A DNA stretch of 63,781 nucleotides, filler included, from Klebsormidium nitens (Eukaryota; Plantae; Klebsormidiophyceae): the NCBI GenBank assembly GCA_000708835.1. It is 9 parts of 9 records of this genome, joined end to end, with 100 filler letters (N's around TTAATTAATTAA, not from the genome) between each part and the next. Parts side by side here need not be neighbours in the genome. Positions count along the whole stretch, not along the records: positions 1 to 13,694 come from DF238059.1; 8 more parts are not named here. One strand, written 5' to 3'. Both the position numbers and the translations under genes were made by a program. The notes beneath the pieces were generated by a model. The model ran no database searches and was not told the DNA's origin. It saw only the letters and a program-made list of their open reading frames with translations. The stretch's first letter is position 1, and every line of letters begins with the position of its first letter. Positions 1 through 11,700 of the stretch are shown in pieces.

Positions 1-2157
1 TCCATGCAATGGGTACAGGGTCTTGCGGCTACGCGGCGCACGCGTGGCGCCAGGCGGCCTGCACACAATTGACAAGTAGAGCGATCTCATATGCTCATAT
101 ATGACCGCGCCGCTAGCTTCGATCGATTAACACTGAGCTTCCGTACAGAACAGAATCACGCAAATTTTCTCGAATTTGCGCGAGTAAGCGGCTGGCCGCC
201 CAATCCATGAGTACTGCGCCTCGAGAAAGATATCTAGGCGTGCGGGCAGGCTGCCTAGCTATAGCCGCGCGCATCCACGAATGTTGCCGGCGCGTTGCCA
301 AGTTTCTACAGACTGCTAGCTCATGTTAGCCATGCATGCCAGATCGATGAACGGCAATGAATGATAGATTGAACTTACGATACTGGCGGCTATCGTAGAG
401 AATAGAATTCTAAGCTATTTTTGGCAATGCCAGCAAACGCCGTCAGGCGTGGCATTGCCTTGTATTGCCCCTATTCGTCCTTTCCCGTTTCCGCCTCCAC
501 AATCCATTGCCGATCAACATTAAAATTTGAACGACAGTTCCGACTCCAAGTTGTAGAAGTTGCAACTCAGTGACTTTCCTGGAATCAGAGGCCGGACAAG
601 TTGTAACAACTTCAAGAACTTCTGCAGCTGCCGGTAGAGTCTGCACCGGGCACCCAATAAGGCTGAAGTTATGAAGTACAGGCCCAGCTGCGCCCGGCAA
701 ATTCGAATAGTGTGGCCCGCGGCGAGTACCGGGCATCGTCTTACGGCTCGTATCTAGACCGAGATGAATCTCACACATGCGATGGAGCTGAGCATTGCCA
801 TTTTTCGCGATTGATAAATCGCCCCCAGAACTTGTTCAAGTACTAGCTGAGTTAATCCGATCATCGTACCATGCAATCAGATCGGATCGACTCAAAGAAC
901 ATCTCTAAGTAGCTATACTGGGCGGATCACTTGAACGTCCGGTCGTGCAAAAGGCGCGTCCCGGGCCAACCTGGCGGGTGCGGCAAACAGTGACCACTAA
1001 ATCCAACATCCAATGATCAACATACCCATATGTACGAGCGACGTACCGTACGTGTAAACAAGATAGACTCACTGGGCTTCACACGCGTTCTAACTTCTGA
1101 CCCGCTAATGCACGCCAACTGCTGTTGCATTTACGACGACGCAATATGACGCAATAAAGAGGCCTTCAAATGTCGTCATGATCCTCCTTGATCCGAGCCC
1201 CGGTTAAGCAACGATCCCCTCAACGAGCATAACTCATCCTATCAAACACTCTGCTTTGGGCTTTCAAGTCCCCCGCACGGAGAGAAATGCGAAGCCCCTC
1301 GCTAATCTATGCTCTAGCTGCGTATGCTTTGCTAGCGCTCTACACTGCAGCGGCGGCGAGCCCCCTATAAACTCAACTTCGTACGACAACCTCCTCTGAT
1401 ATTCCGGTCTTCTTGAATAAATAGCAATCTAGGATTGACCGTCAAGAGGGCACTTGTCGGTGGACTCTTTTGACAACCTGCAGAAATGACATTCGGCGGT
1501 ATTGTAACGGCCAAAGAAAAACTGGCAACGTGTAATCCTCGTGTTGCTCCACAAAAGATATCATGCGTGACAGACGCCTTCTCAGGGATGCACTTCCGAA
1601 GGACGCCTCCATGAGACTTCCTTCGATCACGAACCTTAAAATCGGATCACAACCGGGGAAGCAGAAGAGCAAGCTCGACGAATAAGCGAGAATCCGTAGC
1701 GAAGAAGATCTTTTATCTCCGCAGACCACAGACGTTCGTTTTCACAGTGCTGTGGAGTGCTCATTGCATGGGTGACGACTTCGCCTTCAGCGTTGCTGGT
1801 CCCTCTTTACGACCTCCGTTGGGGCTAAGAATCTCCGTCAAGGCGAACTACTCTCCGCAAGACGGACAGCTTGGCTTCTCGACTGTCCAACGGAGGGAAC
1901 CATTTTCCACTCGGCTCACACTGTATCCGTCTGGTGTTCCTCAATACGCTTCGAAACACATCGGCCTCGTTCAAACGGTCGAGTAACCAGACACGCTATT
2001 GGCTTAAGGCAAGCCAAGAAGCTCGGGTTTCAGACACCGGCAAAGCAGCGTTTGCATTCCAACCTAACCAGATTTGACACCAGCCAATCCCGGTCTTACA
2101 AACCAATCGGAACAGATTCCATCGCCCCTCACCTTCTTTTCCCGCCCAAAAATGTCC

Positions 2158-5100
2158 TCACACCTCCTCTGCAGCGGGCACTTGGTAGCCCTTAGGGGAC
2201 CGCCCCGCTCCATTCCCAGGGGAAGCCAGCGGTGCGTCATATTTGGCGGAAGAATACTTCTTGGACGCGTTCTGCGCTTCCAGCTGGCGCCTCATTAGCT
2301 CTAGCTCCGCCGCCTGGCCCGTCTCCATCACCGCCTTGGGGTATAGCCTATCGTGCAGCAGCGCGTCGGTGTCGCGCCACTCGATAAGCAGGCGGCTGCC
2401 CTGCGCGAGCGCTTCCGGCCCGAGCCGCTCCGTCGCCTCGCGCCGCCGGTGGATCATCTCCGAAAACTCGGACCACGTCAGGTAGAGCGAACCGAAGAGC
2501 GTGATGAAGTAGAGAATGAGCCCGATCGCCGCGGTCGCGGCGCTCCCGCGCACCGTCACGAACGCGTACGACTCCGCGAACACGACGCTCGAAAAGTTCC
2601 CGGGAGCGTAGTTCTGGAGCCCGACGGAGGTGTACGAAACGGGCTCGCGGTGGTTCGCGAGGCTCCGGCTAATGAGCGCAAAGTTGGGGATGTTGAACAG
2701 CGTGATCCCGAGCGCGGTGATCATGAGCGCGACCGCGCGCGCAATGGGGGTGGAGATTTTGCGGCGGCGGTAGACCCCCAGCCGGCCAATCGCGCGCGCA
2801 ATGATGATGCCCGCTGACGCGAGCGCGACCTCGACGGCGAGGATGGAGGCCGCGTTGGCGGCGACGGAATCCAGGTGCAGCTTGACCTCGGTGCTGCTGA
2901 TGAGGTAATTCTTGGTCGTCTCGAAGTCGATCGACACCTGAGATGACGTCAGCACGACAACGTCAGCTCGACTAGTGCACGACGCGAGAAGACTGAGCTT
3001 GGTGCGCGATGCGGGAATGCGCCACAGATGAGGCTTGAGTAGAGTGTGGGTGCAGCTCGACTTCGGGGCTGCTGAGGAGGTCGTTCTTGGTCTACTCACA
3101 GTCGGTCAACACCTGGGGATAAAGAAGGATGACGTCAGCGCTTTGTACATCAGAATATCCTGCGCCAAAAAAAGAAGGATGGCCGCATGTGCAAGATGAC
3201 CAATCGGATGGAACCAATCGGATGGGATCAATCATGTTAGGATCCCACCTGAAGGCAGGGAAACAGGAAGTCTTGGAGATTGAAACCTAAGTGCTCGGTA
3301 TTATTCAAAGTGTCTCAAAAGGGGGGGGGAGAGGGAAGAAGAGCGCTGGGGCAGTCTTGACTCCTGGTTTGCCAAAATCCTCAACAAGCTGTTCCATTGT
3401 CTCCCTTCAAAGTCGACCGAAACACAAAGATGACGTCAGCATATGATGCCATCTATGTTAGCATGATGCAGACAGTCACAGACGGAAAGAAGTCCCCAAC
3501 GGCCGTTTCTGAAGCTAGGTCAAACAAGACCAGCTGGGGGGCTGGCTGGGATAGAATTGTTCAGGAGCCTTGAAGGATCGAGAACCGGTTTGCCTTGCCT
3601 TCAAAACTCTCAATATTTTCGGAACCTACAGAATTGTGGCTCAAAACGTTAAGCAGCAACTCGTGGTCACATCAGAGGGCCCATCTTGATTTGTGCACTT
3701 AGTGAGCGTGCGTAGTAACCCGATTCTGCTAGGTGGTTAAAATGGTGTTGACATAGGAGCAGAATCTGTTCCACTAGGGATTGAATGCCTGCTGTTTTAA
3801 AGCCTCCTGTCAAACTGGTGGCACAAGGCCTTTACAGGGAGGGTTGATCTTCTTATGCCTACACATCCTTATGTCTTGACGATAGAAGTGAGCAAGGGCA
3901 ATGCGCAAATCTGAGCAGCTTCACTGCTGGTCTTAGCACTGATAATTTCTCACAGCTGGTCGCGTCAGAGAACTGTCTCAGATCTGTCACCTGCAGAGTA
4001 CACATAATGGCGAATGCCACTACCCACTCTTAGAAGCCGTGTTTTTCCAAAGTGAAAAACCACCTTTCAAGCACCCATTGTTAACTGTCTTTGAATGTCA
4101 TGGCTTGCAACACAACCACCTGCAAACGGAGCCTTGTAGGCAATACCCCTGAACTCTACTTAAACCTCAAATCCTTTCACCCATTGAAATTGGAACAGCC
4201 AACAAGCATTGAAAGGCCCAAGGCCCGGTCCATTCTGAAGACCTGGAAATCCTTACGCCACTCGTGCCCCAAAGCCTCTGCAAACCCGATCGGAGTGAGG
4301 GATATGAGCCGCCTTTCAGGGTCCTCTGCGTCTCCCAGAAACCTCGGAACCCCGGGACACAGTTTGCCCCTAACAACCCTCCAACCCCTTACAAACCCCA
4401 ACTGCTCAAGATCCTGAAATCAATACACCACGTTTCTTGTAATGGAAAACCCTAAAAACCCTGAATCCTTAACAACCAACCATTACAGTCTTGTCACGCA
4501 CCTGAGGGAAGATGTTCTGCACCGACAGCACGTAGTTATTGTAGCAGTCTGCGGTCTGGTTAGCCAGGAAGAAGTTGGTTAGCGCCGCGGGCGTGGATGC
4601 GGGGAAGAAGCCCGCAGCGACCACCGCCTCGCGAGACTGCGTGGCATCTCCGTAGAAGATCGCCGCGCACGCGTCCTCACCCGGGTCCCGGCTGCTCGTC
4701 GAGAAACTGTTGCCGGTGAGTGCGAAGCACGGCTGGTTATCGTTGTACGGCAACAGGAGGTCGAGGAACGTCTGGTTGTTCGTGCTGTCCCGAAGCGCAT
4801 TGCTCTGGCCGATAACAAGAGGCCCGTATAGATACTCGAACGCCTGGAAAGCGCACGTGCCGTTGAACCCGAGAGCTTCTCCAGCCGCCGTCACTGTCGC
4901 CACGTCGTCTGCGAGCGTTGCTTCGTAGAACGTGGTTTGAGCAACTAGGGAGGTTAGCGCAAACAACCGCTGGGGGGTGTCATACAGGGAGCGGCACAAT
5001 GCTGAGATTCCCGCGAGGGTTATCTTAACCGTCCTCGCTACCGCCCCCAGTTCCAGCACTTGCTTCACAATCACGGGGCCAATGGTCCCGTAAACGACCG

Positions 5101-5860
5101 CCAAACTCCCGTCGCACCGGTCTGGGGGCACAATGGACTCCGTCATTATCTCAACCCCTGAGGGGCGGTTTGTGGCAAAAAGGAAGGTATTGCCTTGGTT
5201 GTTGAGGCAGCCAAACTGGGAGTTTTTGGTGAACTCGCCAATGCTCGCCCAAGCTGTGAGCGGCACAACCGGACTGCAGGCCCGAGGCTGAACGTTCACC
5301 TTATAGTACAACTGCGTGTCGTACGTTTTGTCCATATAAGAACGCTCCTCTGCGGCCGCTAGGAGAGCATTTGCTGTCGCCTGGTTTGCGTTAAGAAGCC
5401 AGAAACTGCTCCCAATCCCGGCCCGAACAACAGAAAGGGCGTCTGCAGGCCCCGGCCGGTTTGGAGCAACACCTGTCACCAGAATCCTATCCATGATTGC
5501 GCAGTTGTCGTCTGCACAGCGCAAAAGCTTATAGAAAATTTCTACAGTAACCTTTCCCCCAATCCCGCCCTTGGAGTAGAAGCCCCTGAGAGGGGAAATG
5601 GTGCGAGCAGCACTTATGGGATCTGCGTCCGCGCTTATGTTGTTCACCAGAGCATAAGCGTTGGTGCCAGCATTGTTGCGCTGGGTCAGCAGCCTGTAAT
5701 AGGCGAAACCGGACCCCAGCTTATTGATGTAATAAGCACCCAGCTCAGGGGTGACCGTGGAAGGGATTACAATGAGGCCCGCATTTTGAGCTTGCGTTGA
5801 CGAGACAAAGAGGATAATCAGACAGACCAGAGCAGAGTAGACCGCCATTTTTGGTGACAT
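2158..5860 (-). CDS. Unknown 712-aa membrane protein: signal peptide, ~450-aa Cys-containing ectodomain, ~3 TM helices, cytosolic tail; join(4502..5860, 2158..2937)
   Basis: ORF 4469..5872 has a hydrophobic signal peptide after MSPKMAVY and ends NIFPQ at a donor CAG|GTGCGT (4502/4501). ORF 2158..3099 has branch-like GCTGAC then CAG|GTG at 2938/2937. Both junctions are phase 0, giving ...NIFPQ-VSIDFETTK... Exon 2 is GC-rich with hydrophobic segments (LAVEVALASAGIII; VALMITALGITLFNIPNFALI; AAIGLILYFITLFGSLYLTW). No family recognised; extra small exons in the intron cannot be excluded. Confidence 0.7.
3050..3440 (-). repeat. Two degenerate tandem duplicates of the exon-2 acceptor and exon start of the 712-aa gene
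   Basis: GCTGACGTCATC occurs three times (+ strand gatgacgtcagc at 2942-2953, 3128-3139, 3429-3440). The copy starting at 3112 aligns codon for codon with the true exon start (GTG TTG ACC GAC TGT GAG TAG ACC AAG vs GTG TCG ATC GAC TTC GAG ACG ACC AAG). The copy at ~3345-3440 is more decayed. Confidence 0.8.
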
Positions 5861-6802
5861 TGGAGCGTCCACACGAGACAGCAGAGCAGCTGGATAGCGC
5901 CCCTGCTAACTTCTAAGTTGCCCTTCCAGCTTGGCTGGCAGTGGAAATGAGCAAACAAGCTAGAAAGCTGTAATAGGTAAGCACTTCCGTATCGTAGCTG
6001 TGCTACTGGCCAGATTTCTGCTTAGGATCGTCCTTGGTGCAGTGGTGCCATGACAGTGGTGCCACAACTGATGACACTGACAGGGGATTGCTGCAAAATT
6101 GCATTCTTGCTGAGTGACCACATTCTGCAGCTGGTGCGGCCGCCGGCGCAATCATCCTTGAAGAGACGGTCGAATCCAGGAATACCGTAATATACCGTAC
6201 TTTTAATATGGAAATTGAAGTAGGCCAAGCTAAACTTAAAATCAAACCCAACAGTCCACCTGCTCCACATTCGCGTAGTCACCCTAAATCCTCAACTAAC
6301 CTAGAACCATCGAAGCGTGGTTACATAGCTCACTCCTCACGCCGCATACCTAATATTCCTGAATCCTGATGAACCTCCATCTCAGCTTGAGCTCACGGGC
6401 CTTGAGCCTTGACAATGAAGACACATGCATGAGATGTGGTGTCAAACCGAAGTTCAGGTGTTGAGGTGCAGTCAGAGCACCGGTCACACGTTGGGCCAGT
6501 GAATGTATCCGTGGTCCATGCCCGGTGGCTACACACAAATGGACACCACATGGCAAAGTGTCGTCAGCCTACGCATTGAAAACAGTACTAATGATTGGCA
6601 AAGCTTCAATCATCAAACTTCTTGAAGAAACTTTTCAGCCGTCCGATAATCTTGATATCGGATAGTCCGTTAGATACAAGTTGACAGTGCTTGAGCATTT
6701 ACTTTCTGGTTTCTGAATAAAGGTGATTGAGCAACTACATAAAGCACCGTTCGATAAGCCATTATTCTTATCGGCCGGCATTCAAGCCAGCTTGATGACC
6801 TC

Positions 6803-6830
6803 GATCCGTGGTCGCTTTTTCCGCCAATCA
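6803..6830 (+). promoter_or_regulatory. Histone-promoter-like octamer variant plus CCAAT box
   Basis: GATCCGTG (6803-6810; one mismatch to the plant histone octamer GATCCGCG), a 12-nt spacer, then GCCAATCA (6823-6830), ~130 nt upstream of the H2B ATG. Resembles the plant octamer+CCAAT composite element, though spacing differs slightly from the consensus as I recall it. Confidence 0.45.
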
Positions 6831-6956
6831 GAGTCCACGAGCTCGCCGCCAAGCTTCTCTTCAAAAGCAGCTAGCCAGCTGCGACAGAGCAAACGTTTCC
6901 ATTTGCAGACTCTGAACTTTCCAGTCTTGCTTTCGCGCTTGCAACCAATTTCAACC

Positions 6957-7364
6957 ATGGCTCCCAAGGCTGCCGAGAAGGCCCCTGCAGCTGAGAAGGC
7001 CCCCAAGGCCGAGAAGAAGCCCGCCGCTAAGGCTGAGAAGAAGCCGGCCAAGGAGGGCGCCAAGGGCAAGAAGAAGGCCAAGAAGGGGACTGAGACCTTC
7101 AAGATTTACATCTACAAGGTGCTGAAGCAGGTGCACCCCGACACCGGCATCAGCAGCAAGGCCATTAGCATCCTCAACTCGTTCATCAACGACATCTTTG
7201 AGAAGCTGGCCACTGAGGCGTCCAAGCTGGCACGCTACAACAAGAAGCCGACCATCACCTCCCGCGAGATCCAGACCGCGGTGCGCCTGATCCTGCCCGG
7301 CGAGCTGGCGAAGCACGCCGTCTCTGAGGGGACCAAGGCGGTCACCAAGTTCACCTCTGCGTAA
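6957..7364 (+). CDS. H2B: Histone H2B, intronless, 135 aa
   Basis: ATG at 6957. Lys/Ala-rich tail followed by the histone fold ...[85 protein letters not shown]. Confidence 0.99.
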   Translation: MAPKAAEKAPAAEKAPKAEKKPAAKAEKKPAKEGAKGKKKAKKGTETFKIYIYKVLKQVHPDTGISSKAISILNSFINDIFEKLATEASKLARYNKKPTITSREIQTAVRLILPGELAKHAVSEGTKAVTKFTSA

Positions 7365-7413
7365 GCAGGGGTGCTGTCTTTTACAGGCCGCTTGCAGCCT
7401 ACCTACCAAAACT

Positions 7414-7429
7414 GGTGTTTTCTAACACC
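7414..7429 (+). promoter_or_regulatory. Histone mRNA 3' stem-loop-like element
   Basis: GGTGTT-TTCT-AACACC: perfect 6-bp stem with a 4-nt loop, 49 nt after the H2B stop, flanked by CCAAAACT (5') and ACC (3'). Confidence 0.7.
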
Positions 7430-8737
7430 ACCTCTGTTTCAGAAATTATCAGGCTCCTCAGCTACCAAGGATTGCTTTCCAGATACAAATGCAGTTTAGC
7501 TCATTGGGACAGAGACTCATGTTGCTTTGACAGGCTGCTCAGCTTGTAGTTGAGGAGATACGGGCACATCGAACGGTCGACTGAAAAACTTGTTCTGGCA
7601 GATACGGAGTGCAAGCAATACGTCGTACAAGCAAAAAGACATTGCTCGATACAGTTGCTTCGGAAGTGCTTGTTTTGTTTGGCTAGCCTCTACTCTCTGA
7701 GCAAGTAGAGATGCTGAATATATACAGAAGTAAGACAGATTGAAGCATTTGTCATGAGCAGGCTTGACCACTGAAAGGCCTCTTGTTTTTGAGCAAGCAG
7801 CAATCGATGATGCTGGCAAGCAGATTCTCGCCTTGGTGTCTCCTGTGTGAGTATGCAGATTTTGATCATCCATCAGTGCATTCATGAGCAATGATTTTTG
7901 CAAGTATCCGTGCTCCTGTATCGTTGGGTATAACTCGACAGAAAGCAGCTTTTGGCATGCTGCTAACCATGTTCTTCAGGAAGGAAGTACTTCACATAAA
8001 GTATTGCTTTGGTTGCATCTTGGATTGGTACTACCTATTTGTTCAAGGAGCACCTGGGCATGGCAGCGTAGTATAAACGAGCCTCAGAACCCAACTTTGA
8101 TATGCACTTGCCGCCATTCAAATGCATCTAGATATGCAATTCATTGGATGTTTCATGACCACCAATCGTAGTGCATGGGCTTGGGTCTTGCAACATTCCA
8201 CTTGTCTATATAACTATTGTGCATATGCCAGAACATACGAATGCACATGCTAGCTTTGGCAGGGCCTGGCATGATGGATGCATTACATGTAGGCCACTCG
8301 AATTAACAACTGAGTCCGCATTGAAAGTGCGGTGCAAATGAGCATGCAGACATACATCCGGTCACTGCGCGGTGACTCCCAAAAGTGCTGCTAGGTATAG
8401 AAAACGATCAAGTCATGCAGTGACCATCACATCATTGAGGTATACTGAGCCGCCCTGCTAGGTTTAAGGCTCCGAGCGTTCATGCATACGTTGCATGCTG
8501 CAGCGCGCTCGGGCCAGCCTCGGGTTGATGTCAACATGCTGGCATGGCACGTGAGTCCACTTTTTGATCTCCGTTGTGGTGAATCTAAAATTTGAACCAT
8601 GCACCTCAAAGCTGTATCAAAGATGTCAAGCCACTAGCTCATTCATTCATGTACTCATTGTCTGTTGGAGATTTGACGCGTCTGCACTGGTAGCATGAGG
8701 GTTTCAGATACGCAAGTTGCATCCGATCCATCATTGG

Positions 8738-11700
8738 TCAATCAACTGGATCATAGTCTGGCAGGTCGTCCGGATACTGGTCAAGCAGGAACCGGACCAG
8801 CCCCGAGCACGACAACACCATGATCGCTACCATGCTTCGCCAAGCAGCCCACTCTCGCATGTACGGTCTTTCAATCTGCAAACGAAGATGGTCGCAGCTT
8901 TTCGGGATTGTGAAGAGCCATTGTGCCATCTGCTAAGCACAGCTTGGTTGGACACAAAAAGGAAGCTCTGAAATCATTGGACCGCCATCTTGACGGGTGA
9001 CTGATTGAAAACAGGACGGCTCGGTTGGTTGTGATGGTCAAGCATGTAACCGTTGAGTAGCCAAATCCTGAAAGAAGCCTGCGTTTAGCTCTTCAAATTC
9101 TGCAAACCTGTTGAATCTGCGTTCACGCATGCAGATTAGCGCATTAAGAGGCAAACGTAGCGGATTAGGAAACTTGTCTATGCAATCTCCAGACGATGAC
9201 TTCCCAGGATTGAGGCATGTACAAGTGGGATCCGTCCTCAACGACTCATGCAGACTCGCTTGATTGGCGCGACAAAAGCGATTCGCTGACCATGTTTCAC
9301 ACATCCTGGAAAAAGGTCAACCTAAATGAGAACCAACGGCACAAATCAACTCAAGGAAGACTTGGAGAGCTTTCGATGGCACGGCCTTACTTCGAGCGAG
9401 CTACGGGCGCCGGGTAGGGCAGACTCCATCAACTCGGCCAACTCGTCTTCCAGATTCGACGCGCTCCCGTAGTTAGCAAAGTCCATCAGCAAACGCACCT
9501 GCCAAAGCGAAACGCGGTATTGCTGAGCTGGCCGTATATGAAATGTTCAGACGGAAGAGGCGGCTGCTTTTTCTTGTCAGACGTGCTCCTGAAGGAACAC
9601 TAAGCTCAAAAGACAGTTCTGCAGCGACTCTCGTCCTGGACTTCAATGGATTCTTTCAAGGTTCCCGCGTGACAGAACCAAAATTTTGGATTGAGCAGAT
9701 GTTTCCTGAAGTCGGAAGCACTCTGATCACTGGGCAGAGTTAATCTTTCTCAGGAAATTCACAGTCCTCTGTCCATCACGGGCATAAGTAATTAAGACGT
9801 GAATCAGCAGAGGCTTCGCTAGGACACGAAAGAAGTCTGGCAAAGATAGCTCTCTAGTTCGCGACCGACCCGCCATCAAAATGATCGAGGGGAATGGTTA
9901 GAGTCTGAAACATCTTCAACCTCAGTAACATCGCCAACGAGGATTCTCGAGAGGGCAGAGTCCCCGAGCAGAATCGCCACAAACCATTCTGAGGCTTTCT
10001 TTCAGACTCATCTTTGGTAAGAAGACTTTGGAGCTCCACAGCATGCACAAGATACTGTCCGAGCAGTGGGTTGAATCTCGGGAAAGTTGCGTCAATGAGC
10101 ATGCCTTGTGACCACGAACAAATTGAGGCGCACTGCCAGATGATTGCTTCATGGGTCTCCCAATCTTGCGTGGAATCCGCGGCCATTTCTGCAATGAAAC
10201 TCGAATAGTAAAAGCTGCTCACTTTGTGGCCGTAGGTGCTCTGCTCGTCGGGGGACTCGTCGGCAACCATTCGCATGATCTCGTCCCGCACGCCGATATC
10301 GACGGCCACGATCATGTCGTGCATGTCCAGATCGCTGCAGCGGGGGGCAGACGAGACTTCACGTCAGCAAAGAGCGGAATGGCATCATTAAACCTTCTGC
10401 TGCCATAATGTTTGTAAGTTATTGGGAGCAACACTCTGCAAGGGGTGAGAGGAACAACAGATTCCGATCCCATTGATGGCACTTCACAGGCCCGGTTTGA
10501 CGCTCCTCTAAGTTGAGGAAGTAAGCAATTGTGGACCCTGATGCTTTTTTTTCTTAAGCTACCATCCTTTTACAGACGAATCCATAGTCTAGAGGCGCTG
10601 CCCTCCGCTGATTGCTAGACGTGTTCCGCATGACAGTGCGAAGGAGTTCAGTCCACCGGTACGAGCTTCTGTTCTGTGCAGTTCTCAAGGTTCGCCTGAA
10701 GATATCTTTGTCCAATTTTTAACGTGGCATGCACATCAGGCATCGACCTTTGGATGCGAGAGATACCTTCGATCCGATTTTGATTTTCCAGGAAAATGCA
10801 CGAGTCAGAGCGCGCTAGAGTTGCAAAACGCGACAATACGTGTACGGTGCCAGCGCAAGCTGCAAAAATGGTGCAATCGACCAAGGTGCTTTAATCGTGC
10901 GTGGCAATCCAAAGCTTAGCATCCATCCACACGCCTTCCTCCCCGAACCCGCTCTCAAAACCAGCCAAAAATCGATTGGAACCTGTTACCCACTCGACTT
11001 TGATCTGCCGACAGTCAAGGAAACCAGCCAAGCGTAAGGAGAAACGAAACGACTCGGAAGTCAATCGAAACAGGACATGCTATCATGCGGAAGCATACCT
11101 ACGTTGGAAACGCGTTGGAGGCTCCGTGACAATGTATTGCCCGATCCGTAGCCGTCCCGCTTCTTCTAGCAGGCGGCTTGGAGGCGAGTCCCCTTCGGCC
11201 GGGTCGATCCCGGATGAATGCTGCAGCAAATGAGGTGCACATAGCTTGACGGGTAGTCTGTGCTGCTTCTGCTTCCCCCTTAAGGTAGCGTGTCGAATCT
11301 CAAAAAGAGTGGCTCAAATGCGAATGGGAAGTCTGTGAGCGGCTAAGATTGGAGTTTCTTCCCCTGGCTTGGAAAGCTAGGCGTTGTGAAAGTCAAAGCC
11401 TCAAAGAGGACAAATCAAAGGGCACTTCACAAACCAGTCTTCTAGGAACCATCACGAGGTGGAGGGCAAGCAATTACAAGCACGTGGAATCAGGCTATTT
11501 GATAAAGTGCTTTTGGTAAGAGCCTCAGAAAATGAAATGAATGGCCAAGCATTTCGAACATCAAGTCAGCTCCGAAGAACTGACTCAAAAAGAGTAGCCT
11601 AGTTTTTTCGCCATAAAATCCAAATTCAAAAAATCCAAATTGTGAAAAAGACGTTTTCAAAAAAAAAATCCATTTGCAAAGCAACCTCAACAAATGATTC

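Noticed and set aside
1-2100. Short ORFs (e.g. 443..778 with a hydrophobic end, 1442..1729)
   Set aside because: No recognisable motifs or consistent splice structure; probably decayed repeat DNA that I cannot classify.
4340-4470. Telomere-like CCCTAAAA motifs in the long intron
   Set aside because: Only about two degenerate units; more simply G-rich intron sequence next to the donor.
6723-6956. 78-aa N-terminal extension of H2B in the ORF track
   Set aside because: Starts at a non-ATG codon and runs through the promoter and UTR; the canonical start is ATG 6957.
9854-10222. In-frame continuation of the 9854..10324 ORF
   Set aside because: The donor AAA|GTGAGC at 10223 splices to VRLLMDF and restores the family motif, so the remainder is intron.
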